Shown here: positions 37,167 to 49,200 of the stretch, one piece after another
Numbering within the stretch: position 1 is the stretch's first letter
Layout of the letters: each line of letters begins with the position of its first letter
NCBI GenBank assembly: GCA_951406725.2
Contig: OX597815.1
Coordinates: forward strand, 21,328,001-21,392,000
Reading direction: 5' to 3'
From: Octopus vulgaris
Lineage: Eukaryota
DNA: 64,000 bases
Notes under the pieces: generated by a model
What the model saw: only the letters and a program-made list of their open reading frames with translations
What the model was told of the DNA's origin: nothing
Databases searched by the model: none
Made by a program: the position numbers and the translations under genes

Positions 37167-40100
37167 GTAACGTATTTCATATGGTTTTAATTTGTTTATT
37201 TATGATATATCGATTATTTATTGATTTAGAAATTCATAATACTGAAAGGTAATCAGTAAGTTCAATTTTTGTAAGTTTCTCTTTTCCTATTGCTCTCTTC
37301 AACTTTTCAAAGGGATTGAAATATATTCACAACCAGTAGGTATTTTCGTATCCGATGACCCCTCTCCATGGTGTTGTATTATTTTCCATCCCTGTTCCCT
37401 CTATATTCTACTATACGTTCTTTGCTTGTCAAGAGCTATGAGCTGTTTATCGACAGCTAAACTCTCTTTCCCAAGATAGAACGAAGGGGCTTCTCTATGT
37501 GGTCGCTCAAGCTTCTAAGGGTAAATTTTCAAAGTAACACCAGCACGATTTTCACAAAGAAAAAAAACAAAAACTCGGATTTTTTGCGTGGAATCGAGTA
37601 CCCTGACCTCCTAATATGCTGCAAATCCCTTATTTTGGCTCGGAAAAGGGGGAGAGGGGAAGGACCACCACTCTGTGCCGGAATCATTGGAATTTTTTTT
37701 TGCGTTGAATGAATTCTCGTGACATCCCAATATGCTACAAAACCCTTTTTGGGGTCCGAAAAACGGAGTAGGGTGAGGTAGAAGCCTCGGAAATTTCACC
37801 CTATCCATTGATTTTTTCACTAAGGAAAAGAATTTCCAATGAATCCGGGACGGATTTCCCTAACCCTAACCCTAAACATTTTGAATTTTCTAATTGTTGA
37901 TGTAGATCCAACACTACTTTTCTTGGATTCTGCTATTTCAGTTTTCTACACTAGTTTAGGATGGCTAGTCTATTTTATATATGGATATTTACATAATTAT
38001 TTAAACAAATACCTTTAATAACTGCTGACAAGCTATAGATATGTTATCCTGTTGGTGAGACTGGATCCTTTTTTGTCTCAGAGTGATGCTTATAATGTCT
38101 AATGCCAATTGGATACTCTTTTTGCCTTGTCAGTCAATCTTTCAGCTTAGTAGACTGACAGAATAAAGTGACTTGACTAGGAGCACAGTACTGGAGCTAT
38201 TACTAAGAATATGATCATCATCATCATCTGTCTTTTTATTATGGTTAGGGTTGGATGGATCTGCAATGCAGCATATCCTCATTTAATATGAGTTTGAAAA
38301 TATTTATTTTTTATTTCAGATAAACCCAGCAGCTATCAGGAAGTTTACAGACTTCCCATTGTCTCAAAGCACTCAAATTGGTTTGTATGATATTTTCATA
38401 TTATAAAGACCTAAGATTGTGATTTTCATCCTAAAGTTCAATTAAAATGAGAAATATAACTAATTTGATATAGCTACAGTTTACTGGCCACCTATATTAA
38501 CTCACTTGATGTCCCCACTTTTCCTCTTGTCATATGTATTGTATCTCCCCTTAAACTCCATAATGCAATCTTTTCTTCCTCCTGCACACATTACCTCTGT
38601 AGAAGCTCAAACTGCATTTATTTGATTAGTTTAGAAGGTTGAAGAAACGTTTAGGGCACTGCCTCCTCATCTTCAGAGTAAATATACTACGGAGCCTCTA
38701 CACTGTTGACTTGCCAAATCTTTCAAATTTCACTTTGCCATTTAAAAACATGAACAAATATCGGACAAAACAAGAGTATAGACTTTGTATTCCAGCACTG
38801 CATTCTCTGAATGATGAATGCATATAAGTAATGCAAATTCAATTTACTCTGCCTATTAATAGGTTTTATATAACAAGCATTCTGTTAACTTGTACAAGAT
38901 AAGTTTGGTTATTCTCATGAATGGGCTCAACCAAGCTGTTTGTCCTCTACTACATGAATGCAGTGTGTTTATATTTGCATATTGCTAGAGCAGGTGATTT
39001 TACAGTTAGCTGCCTTTCCTGTGTGCTGATTTCTTATCCATCAATTGGAGGTGCTACTTCTCAACCATGAATTCTGGGTGAAGCATAATTATGTACCTTG
39101 TCTAGATGATTTGATCTCTTTACTATGTGGTTAAGAGCCTGGCATCATAGTTTCTCTATTTCACCACACATTTAAACCCAAGTGTAATCTTATCAATAAT
39201 CTTTGTGCCTGGTTAAAAGAGATCATTATTATTTAATCCAAATTCAATAGATTGGTTGAATCATTAGAGAATCAGGAAAATGTTTTGCATTATGTACTCT
39301 GGCTCTTTACATTCTGAGTTCTAATCCCACCAACGTCAACTTTGCCTTACATATCTCCAGAGTCATCACCATCTTCATTTTAACATCTATTTTCCATGCT
39401 GGCATGAGTTGGACAATAAAATAATATACCAATCAAGAATAAGTGTCAATGTAATTAATTAACCTTGTGCTTATGTTAAAAACAATTATTATTTAATCCT
39501 GCCCGAGTCAACTTTGCCTTTCATCCTTCCAGATTTGCTGAAATATGTGTCCATCATTTAATTACATCAGCAATCTTTCTTCAAAATGCATAGCCTTTTG
39601 CCAATGTTTGAAATCATTGCTATCAATTATGAAGTTGGGTAAAGCATCGTATTAAATACTATTAATTAGTTCATTCCTTTCTTTTCCAAGTTCATATCTT
39701 ACTGAGGTTAACTTTGCATTTCACCCTTTAAGGTCACTAACATGAGAAACTGTCAAATAGTAGAGTTAATCAAATCACTTACCCATTCTTTAAAATTTAT
39801 AGTCCTGTACTTAGGTAAAAAATTATTATTACCATCCATCATTAGTACCATGATGTTTATTAAACGAATTCTGCATGTTTCATATTGAGAGTGTCTCTAT
39901 TTAATTACTTTCTTTTGTTGTTGCAGGTCTAAAAAATTCTGGATTCATAATGCCAACAGAAATTCAGAAAGAATCCATAGGTATTGGTTTGCAGGGACAC
40001 GATGTTCTTGCAGCTGCCAAAACTGGATCTGGCAAAACACTAGCTTTTCTTATTCCTGTAAGTTAAATTTTAGTTGTGGGTGGATTGTTTTTGAACTCAT

Positions 40101-43100
40101 TGACTCTTTAACATTCACATTACTCTTTCAAATGTAATGCTTTTTATTCACATTGCTTTAAATCGATCATGCATTATCCCATAACTTTGAAATTTCAATG
40201 ATGTGATTGCATAGTTTGAGAATGACATTGTCGGAGTGAACATAAAATTGATGGAATATGTGGCCCAGATTGTGGCCGTTTGCCAGCCTACTATGACCCC
40301 TGTGCCGGTGGCACGTAAAAAACACCCACTACACTCACAGAGTGGTTGGCGTTAGGAAGGGCATCCACTTGTAGAAACACTGCCAAATCAGACTAAAGCC
40401 TGGTGCAGCCTCCATGGCTTACCAGACCCTGGTCGAACCATCCAACCCATGCTAGCATGGAAAACGGACGTTAAATGATGATGATGATATGGTTGGTTTA
40501 AATTCTGAAGGGTTAAGGACCTGAACTACAATGAGAACAGCAGATGGTCAAAGCAGTATTGTGATAAGCAACAGGAGATCCTGTAGTCAGTGTTATTAAG
40601 TATAGTGGTCAGACATCTTTCAGTGTCCCAGTTCATCTAGCTTCTCAGTGGAAAGCTGGATTGACACTGTCATCACTTAATTATTGATACACTATTTCTT
40701 CTGCTCTCCAACTCTTCTACTGCTACTACAACATCCTCTCCTACTTTGGACTAGCTAGTTGCATACCCTCTCTTCTACACAAGTTCACTTGACATATGCC
40801 ATGGCACAGCTTTCCTTCACACTAAACTGTAAAAAAACAGCAAACAGCATTGTGAAATTTAAAGTGTTTGATTTACTTGGTAGTAAATCTGAGACCATCA
40901 GAATGATGTAGACGCCTCTAATGAGAACCCAATGGGGTTTGAAAACCGGTTAAGGTTGTTCATCATTAGGCGTAGGAGTGGCTGTGTGGTAAGTAGCTTG
41001 CTTACCAACCACATGCTTCCGGGTTCAGTCCCACTGCGTGGCACCATGGCAAGTGTCTTCTACTATAGCCTCGGGCCAACCAAAGCCCTGTGAGTGGATT
41101 TGGGATACGGAAACTGAAAGAAGCCCATTGTATATATGTATATATATATATGTGTGTATATATCCCTCTCTCTCTTTCAGAGAGGCACTGAGCACCTACA
41201 CGCACACATACACACACGGCAGTAACTTCTGCCTACCGAATTCAATCACAAAGCTTCGGTAAACTCGGGGCTATAGCAGAAGACACCTGCCCAAAGTGCC
41301 ACGCAGTGGGACTGAACCCGAAACCATGTAGCTAGGAAGCAAGCTCCCTAACCACACACATATATATATATGTATGTTTGTGTGTCTGTGTTTGTCCCCC
41401 TAGCATTGCTTGACAACCGATGCTGGTGTGTTTACGTCGCCGTCACTTAATGGTTTGGCAAAAGAGACCGATAGAATAATTACTAGGCTTACATAGAATA
41501 AGTCCTAGGGTCGATTTTCTCGACTAAAGGCAGTGCTCCAGCATGGCCACAATCAAATGACTGAAACAAGTAAAAGAGTACTGAAACTGACTCTTCTTTG
41601 ACCTTTGAACATTGTAAAGGTTGTAGTGATGTGGTCCTTATTTCAATTCTAACGTCTCTATTTCAGAATGGATTTGCAAATAAATACCAGACTTCAATAG
41701 TATCACTTGTACCTGGCATCAGGTGTCAGGCCAGATCAAAGATGATCTGCTGCAGTAATCACGTAAATTATAGGTGAATAAACTAATAATACCTCTCATT
41801 CTGTTATATCAAGTGTGAAAGAACATCCTGATAGGACAAAGAAACAATACTTGTCTATAAAAGATGAACTCAACAAGGAGTCCACGTGTTATTAAGCATA
41901 GTGGTCAGATACCGCGAGCTTAGGTTCATTGTTTCGATATCGGGCACAGAACTCGCCGCTTCGTGCCTCATCGATAACACACGGACGGACACATTCATGG
42001 TCTTCGTCGATAACGTCATATACTACTCAGACTTACTACCCGGCGCATAATAGATGAACTCAACAAGGAGTCCATGTCCATCCCTCAAGCCTATGATGAG
42101 AGTAGAACCCTGTTAAAGCTTTTATATCGAGCATAACTGATACAGTGGTAACCCCTACCTACAGTTTGCTCTCTCACATACTGGCCTTGCCTTTCCAAAG
42201 ATGCCAGACAATGTTTTCTGATATTTAGTTAAGTCCCTGCACATTGTCTTTCATCTTCCAGAATTGAGGAATTACAACCGTGTTTTCATGGTCTGCTACC
42301 ACAACAACTCCTTTATAGGATCCAGTTAGCTCAAGACATCATCAGGAGGAACCATGTCCGGTTTCAGCCCCTACTCCTCTAGAATTGATAAAATAATGTA
42401 CCAGTCAAGTACTAGGGTTGATAGTATTAACTAACCCTTTCCCCTAAAAATTACTGGATTTGTGTCTAAATTAGTAACTATTATTGGTGGGAAACCTTAA
42501 CAACATAAAAGTAAATATTTTACTATAAAATATAAACCATGTTTGTTCTTCAGCTTCTTGAATGTCTCTACTGCCAAAAATGGACTAATCTCGATGGATT
42601 AGGTGCCCTAGTTATATCTCCAACTAGAGAGCTCGCTTATCAGACCTTTGCAGTTCTTCGACGGATTGGGAAACAGCATGATTTTTCTGCTGGTCTAACT
42701 GTTGGTGGGATGGTGAGTAATAGGTTTTCTTCTATTTATTATTTTATCATTATTCCCTATTTTGATCTTACAGCATATTCCTTGCTGGATATTTTTTAAA
42801 ATGTTTTATTATATATGTGGAGGCGCAATGGCCCAGTGGTTAGGGCAGCAGACTCGCGGTTTCGATTCTCAGACCGAGCGTTGTGTGTGTTTATTGAGCA
42901 AAAACACCTAAAGCTCCACGAGGCTCCAGCAGGGGGTTGTGGTGACCCCTGTTGTACTCTTTCACCCCAACTTTCTCTCTTTCTTACTGTTTCTTGGGTA
43001 ATGCTGCGATGGACTGGCATACCGTCCAGCTGGGGAGAACACATATGCCACAGAAACTGGGTAACCGGGCCCATATGCCTGGCTAGGCTTGAAAAGGGCA

Positions 43101-43229
43101 CATGAAATATATATATATATATATATGTAGTTCCCGGGTTGATACGGGGTTAACCACAGTAAGTAAGGTACTCAATACATAGCAGAGTAAAATTAATTTA
43201 TTATATAGAAGCTCCTTCTATATAATAAA

Positions 43230-43278
<49 letters not shown>

Positions 43279-46200
43279 TAGTTTGATGAGGTTTGAGGTA
43301 CCTTTACACCAGTGTAGTAGGCCTAATATGCCACCTGATTTAACGTTACTTGGTCCTTGGGTGCCTTTATCACAGGTCTATTCTGAAAATAAATACCGGA
43401 TTTCAGTAATATCACTTGCACCTTGTATCAAGTGTCAGGCCAGATCAAAAATGATCATGCAAGCATTTGAACCAAATCTTAGTTCCCTCCCAAACATGTT
43501 TCTCTTGCAAATGTTTAGGCTACCATCAACTACATCGATCTTGCTACTATGACAGGGCCTACAGAGATCATGGGCAATGTTTCTGTCTTCTCTATACTAA
43601 TTAAAAAAAAAGGGATTTTGTTATAACAGCTGAGTGGTTGGCCTGTGTAACTTCTGCTTGATTAGAAATTGTTTATCTGAAGACTTATGATGTACTATCA
43701 ATAGTAGAGATTAAGTTATATCAGTTAAGGTTCAGTACATTTCTACATCAAAGTTACTGTGGGATTAAAATGAACCATGGATCGGATATGGTTATACAGG
43801 TGCACACATCTCAGATGGTTACTGTTTTTTAGTCGCAAGTCAATCTTGATTAAACAGGTATGTGATTGAAAACATTCTAGCCATGACTTTTTCATTTTTA
43901 ATATCCAATGTGCCTTTCTTTGTTCAAAATGGTTGTTTGATTTGAGGAAGATTTGGTTGCTATTTCTACCATGTAGAAGTTCCCATGTCATAGTTAAGCA
44001 AATACATGATAATTTTTCTTTGTACTAATAGATCATTTTCAAAAATATTTAATATTTAATTGCAAGTTAGTGCAAATAGAGCATGTAGGGTATTTCATTT
44101 TTTTCTTGTTGAATTCAAACTCAAAACATATTATTCCAATACCTCTTTCCATTCAGCTATTTCACCTACTAATAAGTTAATAAGGAAACCTGATCTACAT
44201 GAAAGCTTTGCAAGGACAATTCAGATTGTGTATCATGTGACTAAGGGTTAACTTGAAATCCAAGCAATTGCTTAGATAAAGTAGTATTAAAAAAATATTT
44301 ATTGATTTTGATGTGAAAGTTTAAAGCTTGTAATTTATCAATAAAGAAACTAAAATAATTTATATCTTTCTGTGTTTATCTCTTTATATATATATATTTC
44401 TACATTTGTTTGTTGATCTATATATTTGAACAGAATCTAAAAGAGGAATCGAAGAAGATCATGTATACCAACATTGTCATCTGTACTCCAGGACGACTCC
44501 TGCAACACATGGATGAGACCCCTAATTTTAATGCCCATAACCTGCAGATACTCAGTAAGTCACTTTTATAGTTTACTAGCAGTATCGCCCGGCGTTGCTC
44601 GGGTTTGTAAGGGAAATAACTATATAAGCATTTTTAGTGAGTTATAGCAAAAAAATGCATTAAAAATGGAATAAAAAATTATGGTAATTTTGGTGTCTTC
44701 AAGTCATGAAGTCGTTGTTCTAACAGAACGCTGGTCTCCTTGACAATGCTTTACGACGTTGATTTCCTTACACTCCCTTCCCCACAGCTTCACGAGGGAG
44801 GGAAGAAGGAGGAGAAGCAAACAGGTGCAGGTGTGACCATGGACGCCAACTCCGCCACCATCGACACACGAAAAATATGCGTTAAAATGGAAAAAAATTA
44901 TGTTAAATTATTTTTAAAATCGTAGACTCATCGTAGATGCGCGCTAATACCCAGACGGGGTCGATATGAATCACGACTATAAGATACCCAAGTTTGGTTA
45001 AACTGCACCGCAAAATGTGGGAGTAGTTAGGAATCTAAATCGTAGGAGACAGACACTCACACAACTAAGTCACTTTTATAGTTTATTATCTGAAGAAAAG
45101 CGTTAATTGAAAACCTTTTCTCTAAGATATAATAATAATTTGGAGCAATGAGTGAAATTAGTGGGTTTTTATTATGCAGCCAGTAGGGATATATTTTTGC
45201 CTTTGATCTAAAGAAAAAGACACATTTTAAGAATGAACCTTTTTAGGGAGAGAGAGAGAGCATAGCACACTTAATGAAGAGACTCATTTAATTTGAGGAT
45301 TGTTCATGAAAAGTAGGTGTGTGAGATCATCATCATCGTCATCAACGTCCGCTTTCCATGCTGGCATGTGTTGGACGGTTCAACTGGGGTCTGGGAAGCC
45401 AGAAGGCTGCCCCAGGTCCAGTCTGATCTGGCAGTGTTTCTACAGCTGGATGCCCTTCTTAACACCAACCACTCCGTGAGTGTAGTGGGTGCTTTTTATG
45501 TGCCATTGGCACAGGTGTCAGACGAGGCTGGCAAACGGCCACAATCGGATGGTGCTTTTTACATTCCACCGGCACGGGGACCAGACGAAGCTGGCAATGG
45601 TCACGGTCGGATGGTGCTTTTTACATGCCACCGGCACGGAGGCCAGATGTATTGATAAATGTAATATTTATACTTTGGTCTTATTAAATATTACCAGATT
45701 ATCACATTCCTACTGGTACATATATACATATATCTTCATCAATCTACCCTCCCCAGCTCGTAGCTCTTTGCTCATCCACCCTTCAAACCTAACCATTTTG
45801 GCAGTCTGCCTCCCCATCTCCTTATTCTCCTTCCTATACAATCTTGCAAATTGTGCACCCACTGTTGATTAGATGACTGAGGTAACAAAAGCTATTAACT
45901 TCTTTTACATATGAAATTTATCAGCATGACTGAGAGTCCACTGTACCATTTGTGCCTGCATTGTTTGCCTTGGTTGTAGTGTATGGGGTCCTTTCACACT
46001 CTCTTTCCACATATCCTACTTAGTTACATTCCAGTTGATGGTAGTATTTAATTTGTGTGCTCACTAAAACTTATGTCTACTAAATTGACTTGAGGCTCTT
46101 GAATCTAAATTCTGTTTCAACATTTGGAACTTGTCCAATAAGTTATCAACTTGTTTGTTGTTGAAACTCTGATCATCAGCATACAGGAGTCCCCCCAGCA

Positions 46201-49200
46201 CCGTTCCCACCTCACTCATACAACAGGTTCCTATCTACCAATTCTTTACACTTTGTTTTGGTCAGCTTCTGCTAAGCATAGAAAAATTTATGCAAAACCA
46301 TTCAAGAAAATAAGGAATTGTTGTAAATGCATGTCTATATTTGTCCATAATTTTTTAATGTGAAGAAAAAAATATAGTCAATTGAATAAACTCCAAAATG
46401 TGGCTAGTATTTATTTAGAACATCAATGGAATTTGTAGTTTTGTGATACCAGTGCCGGTGGCACATAAGAAAACCATCCGAACATGGCCGTAGCCAGTAC
46501 CGCATCGACTGGCCTCCGTGCTGGTGGCACGTAACAAACACCATCCGATCGTGGCCATGCCAGCCTCGCCTGGCCTCCGTGCCGGTGGCACTTAAAAAAC
46601 ACCATCCGAGCGTGGCCGTTCACTAGCCTCGTCTGGCACCTGTGTCGGTGGCACATAAAAAGCACCCACTACACTCACGGAGTGGTTGGCGTTAGGAAGG
46701 GCATCCAGCTGTAGAAACACTGCCAGATCAGACTGGAGCCTGGTGCAGCCTTCGGGCTTCCCAGACCCCAGTTGAACCGTCCAACCTATGCTAGCATGGA
46801 AAGCGGACGTTAAACGATGATGATGATGATGATGATATCTCACTTGGGAATGATTGGTCAAGGCTAAACCTGACAAGAATTTGAACTCGGGGAAAGAAAA
46901 TTTCAAAAAGATATAAAGCATGTGACATCTGTACCATTTCCACCACATTCATGTAAAAGTTCTGAACCATTCCACCTGACAGTCTCATGGCAATTCTTTG
47001 TTTTCAGTTCTTGATGAAGCTGATCGTATCCTGGACCTTGGATTTGCTGAAACTATGAATGCCATTTTGGAAAATTTACCTCCATCCAGACAGACTTTAT
47101 TGTTTTCTGCCACACAGACCAAGTAAGGACTAATTATTCTTTTCGTGTATGTTGCCTTTTGTGAGGTTTTATTTATTTTATTTTTATTTGTTTGAGTTGG
47201 AAGATGGGTTGTTCTCATGTTCTTTGTAAGGCCTCCACAAATGTTGAGGGTTGACATGGTTAATGTTTTCTCCAAGAAAGAGTGAGGAATGAACTCCTTG
47301 CCCATAATCTATAGTGATAAATTTCACAATTTACATGAATGATGGCTATTGGAAGGTTAAAAGTTTTTAAAGTAGAAATATAAAATAAGTATGCCAGTGC
47401 TGCCTTGTCTGGCTTCCGTGTCGGTGGCACATAAAAAGCACCAACCGATCGTGGCCGTTGCCAGTCACCCCTGGCACCTGTGCTGGTGGCACATAAAAAG
47501 CATTATCCGTACGTCGTCGATGCCAGTGCCACCTTGACTGGCTTCCGTGCCGGTGGCACATAAAAACCACCAACTGATCGTGGCCGTTGCCAGCCTTTCC
47601 TGGCACGTAAAAAGCACCCACTACACTCATGGAGTGGTTGGCATAAGGAAGGGCATCCAGCTGTAGAAACACTGCCAGATCAGACTGGAGCCTGGTACAG
47701 CCTCCTGGTTCCCAGACCCTGGTCAAACCGTCCAACCCATGCTTGCATGGAAAATGGACATTAAACGATGATGATGATGATGAATTAATTCATCTCCATG
47801 GTGAGTTAAATTCAGAACAGTTGGAATATGAGGCAGCAGCTCTGCGGAATGTTTGGTCTAGAGTTTAGAATGAACAAAGCAAAATTCACTATGAAAAGTA
47901 AAAACCTCACTACCTCTCTTTCTCTCGCAAAGGAGGAAGTTTAATATCTATATTTTCAGGGCCTCTAAAGTGGTGAAGGTAAGAGAGGAAGTTACCCTAA
48001 GCCTGGAGACACAGTGCCCTGCTAAAGGTACACAAGAGCTAGGTGGTAGTGTTAAAATGGGTAACAGTTAAGTCTAGCACCCAAGGAGAGAACTGTTGTA
48101 ATGGTCTTATACACAATTTCTATCTACCAGATTCCACTTACAAGATTTTGGTCAACTTAAGGCCATAGCAGAAGATACTTTACTCAAGGTGACATTGCTG
48201 TCAGAAATGCAATGGACTGGTCATTGACTCATTGGGAAGCCTGTAACCAACGAAGCTTATCACAAATTGCAATAAAATAGTAATAATGGTTTCCAATTTA
48301 GACACAAGGCCAGCAATTTTGAGGAGAGGGGATCAGTCATTTACATCAGTTTCTTTTGCATTTCATCTTTCTGAAGTCAATAACACAAGTAACATGGTTA
48401 ATATTTCATACCCAATGTGATTTGAACTCAGTAGCCAGCACTACCCTGACTGGCTTCCATGCCGGAGGCACGTAAAAAGCACCATCCGACCGTGGCCGTT
48501 GCCAGCTTCGTCTGGTCTCCGTGCCAGTGGCACGTACAAAGCACCCACTACACTCACAGAGTGGTTGGCGTTAGGAAGGGCATCCAGCTGTAGAAACACT
48601 GCCAGATCAGACTGGGCCTGGTGCAGCCTTCTGGCTTCCCAGACCCCAGTTGAACCATCCAACCCATGCTAGCATGGAAAGCGGACGTTAAGCAATGATG
48701 ATGATGACTTAAAGGAAAGCTACTGCACACCATGAGATATCTGCTTCATTTCTCTGCCTTATGCCACTTTTTTGATAGTAGAAACATTTAGTTATTTGTC
48801 TTATGAAGTCAACATAATTACACTGATAATATTGCGTATACTTCTTCCTATGTCTTCCTTGCTCCACCCAAGCATATTTCTATTTCTTTACTACCCACAA
48901 ATGGCTAAACACAGAGGGGACAAACAAGGACAGACAAACAGATTAAGCCGATTACATCGACCCCAGTGCATAACTGGTACTTAATTTATTGACCCCGAAA
49001 GTTGACCTTGGCAGAATTTGAACTCAGAACGTAATGGCAGACAAAATACCTATTTCTTTATTACCCACAAGGGGCTAAACACAGAGGGGACAAACAAGGA
49101 CAGACATAGGTATTAAGTCGATTACATCGACCCCCAGTGCGTAACTGGTACTTAATTTATCGACCTCGAAAGGATGAAAGGCAAAGTTGACTTCGGCAGA

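Noticed and set aside
37858-37874. (CCCTAA)3 and other TTAGGG units as interstitial telomere
   Set aside because: Only 2-3 units, embedded in dispersed repeats.
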